DNA from: Eubacteriales bacterium
GTDB taxonomy: Bacteria > Bacillota > Clostridia > Oscillospirales > CAG-272
Assembly (NCBI GenBank): GCA_045544955.1
Contig: JAZPZY010000005.1
Span: forward strand, 35,571-99,570
Direction of reading: 5' to 3'
Length of the DNA: 64,000 nt
A program made the position numbers and the translations under genes. Below the pieces are notes generated by a model that saw nothing but the letters and a program-made list of their open reading frames with translations, searched no databases and had not been told where the DNA came from. Below are positions 44,714 to 54,941 of the stretch, in pieces; the first letter of the stretch is position 1; each line of letters begins with the position of its first letter.

Positions 44714-45592
44714 ATGGAATTTCAAACGCATCGTATAAAGCGTGAGATCGTCATAGACGGCTTCAACAGTATCTATTATTTTGAATTCGGCAAGGACTTC
44801 TCCCATCCGCCGGAGCGGCACGATTTCTGGGAGCTTGTGTACGTGGATTCGGGAAAGGTAAACGCGCTCTCGGCCGGCAAGGCACACACGCTTTCCCAGG
44901 GCGACGTGATTTTTCACCGTCCCACGGAAATGCACGCGCACGTTTCCAACGGCAAGGACCCCAACTGTATGCTGGTCGTTTCCTTCACCACAGACAGTGA
45001 AGCCATGCACTTCTTCCACGGAAAAATTTTCACCACGGACAAGACGGAAAAAATGCTGCTGTCTCTGTTTACCGCCGAGGCAAAACGGGCACTGGGCAAG
45101 ATTCCCGACGATTACAAAAACCGCGATCCCCTTGATTTTTCCGGGGCGGAAGACGGTTCGTTTCAGCTTTTGGAATGTTACCTTACGGAATTTCTGCTTA
45201 CGCTCCGCCGGAGGGCAGCCGGCAGTGCGGACGCCGTAAAGATCAGCGAAACCTCCCGTAAGCTGACAGACAGTGCCACCGTGCGGCTGATCGCTTCGTA
45301 CCTTTCGGAAAATCTGTACACGCCCCTTACGCTGTCCGACGTGTGTGCAAAGTTTTATATAGGGAAATCCCAGCTGTGCAAACTCTTCCACGAGTATACG
45401 GGCACCGGTCCCATGGAATATTATCACAGGCTGAAAATAGCAGAAGCCAAGCAGCTTCTGCTGTCCGGCGGGTATTCCGTCACCCGGGTGGCAGACGTTC
45501 TCGGATACTCCTCCATACATAATTTCTCCCGTGCGTTCAAAACTTCCGTAGGAATCTCCCCCACGGAGTATATGCGAAAAATTGCACCCTGA
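44714..45592 (+). CDS. AraC-family regulator
   Basis: AAAGGAGAG SD. C-terminal LSDVCAKFYIGKSQLCKLFHEYTG...VADVLGYSSIHNFSRAFKTSVGISPTEY. Confidence 0.85.
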   Translation: MEFQTHRIKREIVIDGFNSIYYFEFGKDFSHPPERHDFWELVYVDSGKVNALSAGKAHTLSQGDVIFHRPTEMHAHVSNGKDPNCMLVVSFTTDSEAMHFFHGKIFTTDKTEKMLLSLFTAEAKRALGKIPDDYKNRDPLDFSGAEDGSFQLLECYLTEFLLTLRRRAAGSADAVKISETSRKLTDSATVRLIASYLSENLYTPLTLSDVCAKFYIGKSQLCKLFHEYTGTGPMEYYHRLKIAEAKQLLLSGGYSVTRVADVLGYSSIHNFSRAFKTSVGISPTEYMRKIAP

Positions 45593-45719
45593 TAAAGTCA
45601 TCACACCGTCCTGTTACACACCCAGACAGTCAAAGAAGCGGCTGTCTTTCGTGGCTTTTGAATAGTGAAATAATGTGTGATATAATAAATATGGAAAGCG
45701 TAAAAAACGGAGAGTATAA

Positions 45720-47366
45720 ATGTTTGAACTGACAAATGAACAACGGAAATGCTTTGCTTTGCCTCCCGTGCTTGATTCGTGGCGCAGAATAGAAGTAAAA
45801 GCAGGCCCACATGACAATTACGTTACGTATGCATTCCTCGACGGCAGAAAAATTATGAAAGTGATTCAGGTATCCGAAAAGCCCGGCTGTGAACTGTATA
45901 CGGAATACAGTGTAGATCAGATGCTTTCAGAAGACGGTACAAAAATACTTCCCAAGACCGCAAAAGGAAAACCGCAGATTTTTTCCGCACCGACTCTTGT
46001 CAGCAAAACACATATCGACATGTCCGTTATCTTCAGTAGCGGTTATATTGACATATACAATTATAACTCTGCGCAATCTTACTATATATCCACCTATAAT
46101 TCTGACCCGCCAAAAAACCTGAACGATTTTTCCAAATGGGCAGAAGATTGGTGTGCTGCTACAGGGGATACAGAGCTGGCAGATATCCGCGCGTTTTCCG
46201 AACGCCAAAAAACACGTCAGAAATATAGGGAAGGAGATTTTTTCAGATTCAAAATAAACCGCCGTCTGTTCGGTTACGGACGTATCCTCGTTGATTACGA
46301 AAGCATGAGAAAAAAGGGCGTACCGTTTTGGGATATCTTTATGGGAAAACCTATCTGCGCGGCTGTTTATCATATCGCAACAGAACAGCCGGACGTAACG
46401 CCCGACCAGCTCGTACATCTGAAAATGCTGCCCTCACAAATGGTGATGGATAATATTTTCTACTATGGAGAGTGCGAAATAATCGGAAATTTGCCCATTG
46501 CCGCCGATGAAGATAACTACACGATTCATTACGGAAAAAGCATCGACGCACGCAACACGAATTTTGTATATTACCAGTGCGGAAAGACCTTCGCCGCACT
46601 GGAAAATGCAGAGACATTGCATAAAGGCTTCAGAAACAACCAAATTGGAGTTCGCTTACAGGTACAGCTTCCTATACTGCAGAAGTGTATACAGGATAAC
46701 TCCAACACCCCATATTGGGAAATGCTCTCCACATGGAAAGCCGATGGAGACCTAAGAAACCCGGCATTTCAAAAAGAACTGAATGAAATCAAAATACAGA
46801 TGGGTATTAATATAGACAGCGAAAGGGATACATTTATGAACTTTACTGAAATCGCAGAAGCCCGGCAGTCCTGCCGCCGCTACGATCCCGACCGGCCGGT
46901 GGAGCCGGAAAAAATTGAGCGGATCCTTGCCGCCGCCCGCCTCTCTCCCTCCGCCTGCAACGGCCAGCCGTACCTGATCACTGTATGCAAGGGCGAAGCG
47001 GCCAAAAAAGTGTCGAAAGCAACCCAGGGGATGGGCATGAACAAATTTGCCGCCGACGCCCCGGTGATGCTGGTGCTGTCGGAAATGCCGTACGTAAAAA
47101 CGGCGGCACTGGGAGCCAAGATGAAGAAAAACGATTACCGATCCATTGACATCGGCATTGCGGCGGCGTACATTACGGCAGAAGCCACCGCTCAGGGCCT
47201 TGGCACCTGTATCCTCGGCTGGCTGAATGACGAAAAAATCCGGGAAATCTGCGGACTGGATTCGCCGGTACGCCTTGTGATCACGCTCGGCTATGCCGCA
47301 GCGGACGACACACTCCGGGAGAAGAAACGGAAAGAAATGGATGAGCTTGTAAAAACGGTGGAGTAA
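45720..47366 (+). CDS. Single 548-codon ORF: AT-rich immunity-protein-like N-terminal 372 aa fused in frame to a nitroreductase
   Basis: No stop codon between the two parts. N-part has REGDFFRFKINRRLFGYGRILVD. GC content rises sharply at about 46830. Confidence 0.6.
   Translation: MFELTNEQRKCFALPPVLDSWRRIEVKAGPHDNYVTYAFLDGRKIMKVIQVSEKPGCELYTEYSVDQMLSEDGTKILPKTAKGKPQIFSAPTLVSKTHIDMSVIFSSGYIDIYNYNSAQSYYISTYNSDPPKNLNDFSKWAEDWCAATGDTELADIRAFSERQKTRQKYREGDFFRFKINRRLFGYGRILVDYESMRKKGVPFWDIFMGKPICAAVYHIATEQPDVTPDQLVHLKMLPSQMVMDNIFYYGECEIIGNLPIAADEDNYTIHYGKSIDARNTNFVYYQCGKTFAALENAETLHKGFRNNQIGVRLQVQLPILQKCIQDNSNTPYWEMLSTWKADGDLRNPAFQKELNEIKIQMGINIDSERDTFMNFTEIAEARQSCRRYDPDRPVEPEKIERILAAARLSPSACNGQPYLITVCKGEAAKKVSKATQGMGMNKFAADAPVMLVLSEMPYVKTAALGAKMKKNDYRSIDIGIAAAYITAEATAQGLGTCILGWLNDEKIREICGLDSPVRLVITLGYAAADDTLREKKRKEMDELVKTVE
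46836..47366 (+). CDS. Nitroreductase-family protein (possible independent start inside the long ORF)
   Basis: MNFTEIAEARQSCRRYDPDRPVEPEKIERILAAARLSPSACNGQP is a typical nitroreductase N-terminus. Weak AAGGGA lies 9 nt upstream. Confidence 0.7.
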   Translation: MNFTEIAEARQSCRRYDPDRPVEPEKIERILAAARLSPSACNGQPYLITVCKGEAAKKVSKATQGMGMNKFAADAPVMLVLSEMPYVKTAALGAKMKKNDYRSIDIGIAAAYITAEATAQGLGTCILGWLNDEKIREICGLDSPVRLVITLGYAAADDTLREKKRKEMDELVKTVE

Positions 47367-47377
47367 TGAGAAATGGA

Positions 47378-47412
47378 AAGTGCCGCACGGCTGCGTGCGG
47401 CACTTCTTTTTA
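47378..47412. terminator. Bidirectional terminator between convergent genes
   Basis: 12-bp stem AAGTGCCGCACG-gctg-CGTGCGGCACTT followed by a T-rich run. Confidence 0.75.
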
Positions 47413-47413
47413 T

Positions 47414-50400
47414 TTATCCCAATTTCTGTATCTCCGACGGAGCCGTCCCATGGGTTCCGATATTCTTTACAAGTATCCTGCCGGAATATCCTCCAAGATA
47501 TACGGACGTGCCGCCGCAGAATTTCCACGTTTCGCCGCCGTCCAGAGAATAGATCATATCCGCCGAAACGCCGGTGAGCCAGCCGTCCTTATACTCTGCT
47601 TCGGGCGTATCCGCTTTCGGCAGATCGGCAACTGTCTTTACACCGGAAACGGGGTGGTACAGATCGGCCACGTCCAAAATGAGAATCTTCGCATTGCTCT
47701 GCACGTAAACCGACCGCCCGTAGAACTGCACGGCCGCCCACGCACCGGATCCCTCGATCAGGTTCCGGATATTGCCGTAGCTGACGCCGTTGTCCGCCGA
47801 TACGGCCATTGCCAGCGGATCCCGCTTTCCATTGTTCGTAGCAAACTCGTTATTCCACACGAGAAGGACGTCCTTCGTCTGAGGAATACGCACCACTACG
47901 TTTGTGGAACTGGGGGTAACGATTTCCGAAAGTGCGTGGGGCTGGGACCAGGTTTCACCACCGTCCGCCGAAACGGACTGATAGATCTTCCCTTCCTTGC
48001 GGGTGCGGAGCGTCATAAGCACCATGCCGTTTTCCATCTCTGCGGCAATGGGTTCCAGTGCCGCATTGGGCAGCGTTACCGCATTGCTGAGATTCCACGA
48101 ACCACCGTCGTCATCCGAATACAGAACGAACGCAATAGAGCGATCCGAGCCGAAGGCATCGTCGGTATATACGGAATAATTCACGGGAACGAGAATCCGT
48201 CCCGTGGAGAGACGGGTATACCGCATGCCGCTCGCCTGAATCGTATACGCATCAAATTCCTTGGAAATACACAGAGGCGAGGACCAGGTCCTGCCGTTGT
48301 CGTGAGATCGGCGTATGTAAATATTACAGATATTCCGGTTATTCTTTTCCGGTACGTTCAGATCTTTTTCCAGATAGATCACGCCCAGATCGCCGTTTTC
48401 AAGGCGGATGTAGGAGCTGCAGCCCACGTTCAGTCCTGTCTCGTGAGTTTGCAGTTCGATCCAACTGTCGCTCCAGGTGTATCCGCCGTCGATAGACTGT
48501 ATGGAAAGAGTGGGGGCCGCGTCAAAATCTCCGCCGCCGTCATCAAATCCCACGAAAGACATCACAAGCGTGCCGTCCTCACGTGTATAGAAGCCGCCGT
48601 CACCGGCACGGGCTCCCGTATAGGTATGGGTGTTGGTGACGCACTCCACGCTGGAGTACGCGGCGAGGCCGTCATACAGATTCACAAGCGTAATTTCTCC
48701 GCCGGAGATATTATGCAGCTTCAGATACCCGCATTTCACACTGTCAAAGGTAAGGCGGTATACGTCCCTTCCCTCTCGCTGATCCCGGCTTAGGATCACG
48801 TCAGTAATAGGGGAGTAGTCGCAGTTATCCAAACTGTAATAAAGGGCAAAGGCGTCGGTGGAAAGCCCGGATAGACCTTTCGCCGTGATCTCCACGGCTT
48901 CCACGTGAGAGTGAATCCCAAAGCTGACTCCGATGCTGTCTCCCTCGCAGAACAGGAAATTTTTATCCTTGCCGTCCGCCGTTTTGGCGTTCACTTCAAA
49001 CGCCATGGCACCGGCATCGGGTGCGGTATCGTCTTTTTTATACATGGGCGTGCCGGCCAGTGCCCACTGCCGTGCAATTTTTCTTTCAGCACGCACCGAG
49101 GCGGTAAGATCGTCCGCAGTGATGGAGGCCGGGGCATCGGTCTTTGAATAATTCACCTTGACGTACCGTGCGGTAACGCCTGAAAACTCGATCAGTACCG
49201 CACTTACGCCGTTTTCCTTATAGAAATTCAGCGTATGGCCGTAAAGCTCTTTCCACGTTTTATTATCGTTGCTTTGCCACACGGAAATATTGTCCTGCGT
49301 AAAGCCGCGTGCCGTTTCCTTATTTCCGGTGATGCGGATAGCGTTCACACGTTGGACGGTGCCCAGATCCACGCCGATGCTGTTTCGGCTGCTGTCAAAG
49401 GTAAAGGATTTCCCGTCTGCGGCGTAAGCGATAGAGCCGGTTCTCGGATCCGTATCCTTTGCAAGGTACATTACCTTTGCGTTTTCAATGATCTCGGGCA
49501 GATACACGGCCGGTGCGGCTGCCTCTCCCCGCTGGGGCGTGGGAATAACGCCGTCGGATTTTATGCCGTACAGATCGACAATAGCCGCCTGTCCCCCTTC
49601 GGGAACGGTAATACGGACAGCGTCCACGTACAAAAACGGCTGATAATAGAGAGCCGTACCCGCAAGTTCTCCGTTTACACGGACGTTGAAATAATCGGCG
49701 TTCCGCCCGTCCGGCAGATCTAGAGAAATTTCCGTCTTCTCCCCCGCTTTGATCACGCCGGGATCCGTGCATATGGTCCATAAATTATCCCGTTTGTAAT
49801 ACAGAGCACCGTTGTCACCGATTTTCAGAACAACGGCCGCGGTTTTCCCGCACAGTATCTCCAGCTGAATCCCCGAAGGGGTATCTGATTCCAGCGTGAA
49901 GCCGAACTTGCCGGCCATCGATTTCGCCGGCAGCGTACGCACGGCTTCGATACTACCCGCAAGGGAAAGCTTGCCGTCCGAAAGCGTATGGCTTCCCTCG
50001 CCCGTGAAAGACCAATCTTCCGTTTCCCCGTCAAAGGAATCGGCAAACGGATCGGTCATGGCTTTCATTTCGGTCTCGTATGCCCCGGTAAATGTGAGAT
50101 TGTCAATAAAGTATTCGTCATCCGCTTTGGAACGGGATGCCGTGCCGAAAACGATGCGGTCAACCGTTTTCAAGCCGGGATCTATATCCGCAAGTTCCGC
50201 CGTAAGCTCCCCGTTCAGATACAGCTTGGCGCCGGTACCGGTAAAATCAATTTTTATATTGTACCATACGCCCGGCAAAAGCTCGGTAATATCGACAAAC
50301 GTTTTTCCCGTATAATTGCGGAGCATGGGATAGGCATCGTCCGCCGTTACCTTTCGGATGCGGATATCGAACTTTCTGTCCTCGCCGGATAAAAGGGCAA

Positions 50401-51475
50401 TATACGCACCGCTTATACCTGTAACCTTTGTCCCCATATAGTCAAAGGACACGCTCATTTTGTCCGTGGGCAGAAAGTATCTGTGGGCCTGTGCCATGGC
50501 AGTGCCGTTCTGCCATATACGCAGTGCATCCGACGCCGGTACGGTCTCCCAATCTTCTATTTCGTCCCCGTCCGTTTTTGCCCACACCTCGGATACGGTA
50601 AGGGCGTTGTGCTTCTGTTTATCCCACACCGATGCGGAAACGGCACCCAGAGAGTAATCCTCAAAATCCTCGAAATAATAGGGTTCGGCACCGGCTTTTT
50701 CCCGGAGTGCAATGTTATCGACGAATATATTATTCGCACCGTCGCCGCCCGACATCTTCTGCACGCGGATGCTGTTGATCACGCGCACGCTTTTTTCGGC
50801 AGGAATATCGGCAATCTTGTAACCGTCAATATACAACTCCGCCGTCTTTTGCCCGGGGGTGATCTGAATCTTTACGCTGTACCACCGATCCATTTTCAGA
50901 TAGGCACTGTTCTCCATATCCTTTTTGGGAACGGGCGTATAATTGGCATGGTAGGACGGTGCCGTCAGCGGTACGTTTTTCCCCGTATACGCCACGGCAA
51001 TGGCGTCTCCGTATTCTTTGTACTTCGAATCCCCTGCCGGACGGAAGAACACCACCGTGCTGTGGGGTGTAACGCTCTTCCCGTCATCGTATCCGAAGGA
51101 GATATAGATCCCCTTCCAGGGGCACGTATCGATGTACAGATCAAAGCTGATCTCGCCCGTTTCCGCCGGCAGCTTTCCGTCCACCTTCGTCACGCCGTAA
51201 TCCACGGCGGCAGAGCGGGAATTCAGTGCCTTGGTTTTTGGCAGATCACCCGCACCAGACGATTTCTTTGCCTCCGGTGCTTCGGCAATCTCCGCACCGG
51301 TGCCTTTTCCAACGCCGGACCACTGGGGAAAATTATAATCCGCATTATCCGTTCCTTCAAAAACAGTGAACGGGACGGGCGTTCTCGGCTTTTCAGCCCC
51401 CTTAACGAACACGCTCACAGGCAGAAGCATGGCAAGGCAAAGAAGGAACGCTATACCTTTCTTCATTCGTTTCAT
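47414..51475 (-). CDS. Large secreted multidomain BNR/sialidase-like glycoside hydrolase (LamG-like and discoidin-like modules + C-terminal beta-propeller)
   Basis: ATG after GAGGTG. Signal peptide MKRMKKGIAFLLCLAMLLPVSVFV. Asp-box repeats SIDGGYTW, SHDNGRTW, SDDDGGSW, SADGGETW, SLDGGETW in the last ~400 aa. Confidence 0.75.
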   Translation of the reverse strand: MKRMKKGIAFLLCLAMLLPVSVFVKGAEKPRTPVPFTVFEGTDNADYNFPQWSGVGKGTGAEIAEAPEAKKSSGAGDLPKTKALNSRSAAVDYGVTKVDGKLPAETGEISFDLYIDTCPWKGIYISFGYDDGKSVTPHSTVVFFRPAGDSKYKEYGDAIAVAYTGKNVPLTAPSYHANYTPVPKKDMENSAYLKMDRWYSVKIQITPGQKTAELYIDGYKIADIPAEKSVRVINSIRVQKMSGGDGANNIFVDNIALREKAGAEPYYFEDFEDYSLGAVSASVWDKQKHNALTVSEVWAKTDGDEIEDWETVPASDALRIWQNGTAMAQAHRYFLPTDKMSVSFDYMGTKVTGISGAYIALLSGEDRKFDIRIRKVTADDAYPMLRNYTGKTFVDITELLPGVWYNIKIDFTGTGAKLYLNGELTAELADIDPGLKTVDRIVFGTASRSKADDEYFIDNLTFTGAYETEMKAMTDPFADSFDGETEDWSFTGEGSHTLSDGKLSLAGSIEAVRTLPAKSMAGKFGFTLESDTPSGIQLEILCGKTAAVVLKIGDNGALYYKRDNLWTICTDPGVIKAGEKTEISLDLPDGRNADYFNVRVNGELAGTALYYQPFLYVDAVRITVPEGGQAAIVDLYGIKSDGVIPTPQRGEAAAPAVYLPEIIENAKVMYLAKDTDPRTGSIAYAADGKSFTFDSSRNSIGVDLGTVQRVNAIRITGNKETARGFTQDNISVWQSNDNKTWKELYGHTLNFYKENGVSAVLIEFSGVTARYVKVNYSKTDAPASITADDLTASVRAERKIARQWALAGTPMYKKDDTAPDAGAMAFEVNAKTADGKDKNFLFCEGDSIGVSFGIHSHVEAVEITAKGLSGLSTDAFALYYSLDNCDYSPITDVILSRDQREGRDVYRLTFDSVKCGYLKLHNISGGEITLVNLYDGLAAYSSVECVTNTHTYTGARAGDGGFYTREDGTLVMSFVGFDDGGGDFDAAPTLSIQSIDGGYTWSDSWIELQTHETGLNVGCSSYIRLENGDLGVIYLEKDLNVPEKNNRNICNIYIRRSHDNGRTWSSPLCISKEFDAYTIQASGMRYTRLSTGRILVPVNYSVYTDDAFGSDRSIAFVLYSDDDGGSWNLSNAVTLPNAALEPIAAEMENGMVLMTLRTRKEGKIYQSVSADGGETWSQPHALSEIVTPSSTNVVVRIPQTKDVLLVWNNEFATNNGKRDPLAMAVSADNGVSYGNIRNLIEGSGAWAAVQFYGRSVYVQSNAKILILDVADLYHPVSGVKTVADLPKADTPEAEYKDGWLTGVSADMIYSLDGGETWKFCGGTSVYLGGYSGRILVKNIGTHGTAPSEIQKLG

Positions 51476-51485
51476 CCGTGCCACC

Positions 51486-52340
51486 TCACTTTTCCTCTTT
51501 CAGGATACGGATATCCGCATAGGTATACGCACCTGCCCCAGCGTCGTGGAAACAGATCTGCGGATTGTAATCCGCTTTCGGATTCTTCTGCGACGTACCT
51601 TTGTACTGTCCGTCCACGTACACGTCATACACACCGGTTTTCGGATCGATGCGGAGGGCGAACGCCGTAGTCTTTCCGACTTCCAGATACGCCACGGTTT
51701 CTGTATCCCGGTAGAACACCGTATCGTCACCGATATTTTTTTGATAGGGCTCTTTCAGAATCTTCACCTCCGCCTTGCCGTCGGCAGTACCCTTCTCCGT
51801 CTTCACGGCACCGCTTCCTTTTTCCCAGCCGTCCGGCAGAATCCGAAGCTGTGATGCAGGGGCAAAGGACGGCTCTGCCGAAAACAGATTCCATCCTCTG
51901 AACGCAGTAGAGATCCGATCGTTCAGATCCCCAGCCTCAGGCGAGGCGATCTCTTTGGGCGTAACGCTGAAAAAGATCCAATAGGGCGACGCCGTTTTGC
52001 CGATTACGCCGTCTTCCAAATACAAAATCCGCATCCCCTCCGTCTCCATCCGTTCCATATCCGTACGGCGGATGCTGGCCGGTTTGTTTTTGTACGCTGT
52101 ATCATTCTGCGGATCGGTGAGATCGCCGGAAAGACGGACGGTGATCTCGTCTTTGCAGTCGGCACAGATATACGTATACACGCCGGTCTCTTTATCAACG
52201 CTACTTTGTTTCAGATCCGCTTTCGCGTGCACGCATTGGGCGGTAACTGCCGGAGTCAGAACCGCAGATGCCCCCAGGGCAAGCAGGATAAAGGCAGACA
52301 GCCCCGCTATAACACGGGCAGAAAATGTTTGTTTTTCCAC
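51486..52340 (-). CDS. Secreted LamG-like protein of unknown function
   Basis: GTG start after AAAGGAGAA. Signal peptide AGLSAFILLALGASAV. Its stop lies 7 nt before the ATG start (51475) of the large gene. Confidence 0.5.
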   Translation of the reverse strand: MEKQTFSARVIAGLSAFILLALGASAVLTPAVTAQCVHAKADLKQSSVDKETGVYTYICADCKDEITVRLSGDLTDPQNDTAYKNKPASIRRTDMERMETEGMRILYLEDGVIGKTASPYWIFFSVTPKEIASPEAGDLNDRISTAFRGWNLFSAEPSFAPASQLRILPDGWEKGSGAVKTEKGTADGKAEVKILKEPYQKNIGDDTVFYRDTETVAYLEVGKTTAFALRIDPKTGVYDVYVDGQYKGTSQKNPKADYNPQICFHDAGAGAYTYADIRILKEEK

Positions 52341-52525
52341 AGTTTTCTCCTTTATTCAGTGTAAAAGCGTATATTTTACCGCCGGCAAAAAGCCGGCATT
52401 TACTGCCATCATTATATCATACGCTTTTGGCAAAAGCAACAGAAAATTCCGGCCGCAAAGCAAACGCCCCGGCGTGACTTTCGCCGCACCGGGGTATTTA
52501 TACCGTTTTGAAATACAGACGCCGC

Positions 52526-53743
52526 TCACGTATCGCCTCGTCCGCGAAACAGGCAGTATCCAAGACACGACAGAATCTGCGACGCCGCCGCCAGTGCCAA
52601 AAGAAGCGGCACGGAGAAAAACGGCGCGAGAAAGGTAGCGGTGAGCATGCCGCCAAAATTCAGCACCATACGCCAGGCGTGATACGGTCCGGCGATCTTC
52701 ACGTCCACACGGGTCAGCAAAAAGACCGGAACTACGTAATTGACAAGTGTGACGCCGAAAATCACCACGGCGTACACGGCGAGAAATACCGTTTCCGACG
52801 GAATCAGGAGCAGCGGCATCATGGAGATCAAAACACTTCCCGCGGCAAGAATCGCACGGGAGGAGATTTTGGCCGCAAGTACGCCGAAAAGTGCACAGGA
52901 TAAAAGTGCCGAAAGTGAATTCACGGAAACCATCGCCGTACCGATCCATTCGTCGTATCCCAAATCAAACGCCACCGTGGTGAGAACGCTGATAACGCCG
53001 CTTGAAAATCCCCGAAAAAGATTGGGGATAAGCAAAAAGGAAAACACCGGCGTTTTGAATATTTCCATAATTGGAATTTTGGGGGCGTCCTTGCCCCTGT
53101 GCTGGACCGGCTCCGCTTCATTGATCAGTGAGCGCTGGGTGTATGTTAGAAAAAAAGAGGCAAGCATAAGCAGTGCGGAAACGGCAAAGCCTACTGCCAT
53201 CACGCTGACGTAGTCAAATCGAAGGACCAGTGCCGATATGCCCGCCCCCGCCCCCAGGGTGATCAGAGACGACAAAAGACCGCTGGCGGCGGAAATACGG
53301 CCGTACTCCTCCGGCAGATACACGTGATAGGGGAGCTTATATTCGCAAACCACGTACAGTCCGCTGACACCCTGCTGCACGATGCACAACACCAACAGCA
53401 AAAGGTACGATTCCAAACTGGCAGACCGCCAGATGCAAAGGGGGATATAGCACGCCATCAGTGCCGCAAAAGCAAGGAACGTGTTCGCCGCGCGACGGAT
53501 CACGCTTCCCGTATCTGCCCAGCGGGAGAAAAACATAATGACCGCCATATTTGCCGCCTGCATCAGCGTGGAGAGGAAATAGATATACCGGGTTTCAAAC
53601 CCCAGTGAGGCAAGCAGCGTCTGCAGAAGCGTGCCCGATGCAAACAGTAAAGCAAGGGCACGGAACGCATAGGCAAGAATCGACTTTACCTTATTGGAGC
53701 GGATAATATCCGGGGAAACAGCGGGAGTATTACTCCTCGGCAT
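52526..53743 (-). CDS. MFS-type transporter
   Basis: About 12 hydrophobic helices. Start at MPRSNTPAV (GGAG SD); overlaps the upstream gene by 14 nt. Confidence 0.6.
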   Translation of the reverse strand: MPRSNTPAVSPDIIRSNKVKSILAYAFRALALLFASGTLLQTLLASLGFETRYIYFLSTLMQAANMAVIMFFSRWADTGSVIRRAANTFLAFAALMACYIPLCIWRSASLESYLLLLVLCIVQQGVSGLYVVCEYKLPYHVYLPEEYGRISAASGLLSSLITLGAGAGISALVLRFDYVSVMAVGFAVSALLMLASFFLTYTQRSLINEAEPVQHRGKDAPKIPIMEIFKTPVFSFLLIPNLFRGFSSGVISVLTTVAFDLGYDEWIGTAMVSVNSLSALLSCALFGVLAAKISSRAILAAGSVLISMMPLLLIPSETVFLAVYAVVIFGVTLVNYVVPVFLLTRVDVKIAGPYHAWRMVLNFGGMLTATFLAPFFSVPLLLALAAASQILSCLGYCLFRGRGDT

Positions 53744-54821
53744 AGTCAAAACTCCACTTTTGCTGCATAATAACGGCCGGTCCCTTTTCGGGACGGGCAT
53801 AGAATACGGTAAGCAGACTGCCGTCATCCATCTCCACCGTACACGGGTAACCTATATCCCAGGAAGGATAACTGTTCTGATAGATATAATGCTCCGTATC
53901 CCAGGTTTTTCCGTCATCCAGGCTGAACATGGCCTTTATACCGTAAGGCTCGTAACGGTAACTGTACAAAGAAAGCAGAACGCCGGAGGAATGGCGGATA
54001 ATGTGTGCCGGTGCACCGCCCGTATCAGACAGAATCTGTCTCGGCTTACTCCAGGTGCGGCCGCCGTCTTTTGATTCCGTTTGGAACAGCGTGAATAGCG
54101 TCTGACTGTTCACCCGAAACTGGCAGAGGATCGTTCCGTCCGGCAGTTCGATGGCGTAGGGTTCAAACACACCGGCGAACTGAAGGATTTCGTCCGTATC
54201 GATATGCCCCCGCAGCTCCATCTTTCCGGTTTCCGTATCGATGGTATAGGCGTACAGCTGCCCGTCGCCGGCATCCTCAACCGAGCGGCCTACCCACAGT
54301 ACTTCCCCGTTTTTCCGCTGGATCGGCCCGTGAGGCGAGCTGATGGGGCTGCGATAGCGTTCACCGAAGGTAACGCCCGCATCGCGGCTGATGCGGAAGC
54401 TGGGACCGTACGCTTCCCTTCCTTCCTCCTCGGTATACGTATCAAGGTAAGCGAGGATATATTTCTTATCCGCTTCACTTTTGGCACGTGGGAGATAGCC
54501 ATACTGATTTTCTCTGCTGATATTGAAGGAGGTCAGGATCAGCCCTTTCTCCCCAAAACGGCAAAGGCCGGCATCCCGGTCGTCCAGCACCGTATCAATA
54601 ACGGGCGTTGGCAGCGAATAGTTTTCGCCGTCATCCTCACTGAAGGCTATGACGGTTTTCCCAAAAGGGCATACGTGTTCCAGCCGGAATCCCGATGCAG
54701 CCACGGCGATTTTACCGTCATCAAAGCGGACGACGCTGGGCCAGGCAAAATAATTATGCTTACTCTGTGGGTTATTCAGGATCGTTTTTGCCTCTCCTAT
54801 GGGATGAATGGAAAATTTCAT
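53730..54821 (-). CDS. Cytoplasmic BNR/sialidase-family protein
   Basis: Start at MKFSIHP (AAAGGAG SD). No signal peptide. Asp-boxes SEDDGENY, SRDAGVTF, SKDGGRTW, SLDDGKTW. Confidence 0.7.
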   Translation of the reverse strand: MKFSIHPIGEAKTILNNPQSKHNYFAWPSVVRFDDGKIAVAASGFRLEHVCPFGKTVIAFSEDDGENYSLPTPVIDTVLDDRDAGLCRFGEKGLILTSFNISRENQYGYLPRAKSEADKKYILAYLDTYTEEEGREAYGPSFRISRDAGVTFGERYRSPISSPHGPIQRKNGEVLWVGRSVEDAGDGQLYAYTIDTETGKMELRGHIDTDEILQFAGVFEPYAIELPDGTILCQFRVNSQTLFTLFQTESKDGGRTWSKPRQILSDTGGAPAHIIRHSSGVLLSLYSYRYEPYGIKAMFSLDDGKTWDTEHYIYQNSYPSWDIGYPCTVEMDDGSLLTVFYARPEKGPAVIMQQKWSFDYAEE

Positions 54822-54941
54822 GGAAAACTCCTTTACAATTCGCACATTATGTGATACCATAACTATAATGCTTTTCTTCAAAAAACGCAATACTGCAGAC
54901 GGACATTCTCGCAATGAAATGTCTTTCTGGGAAAGGTGTCC

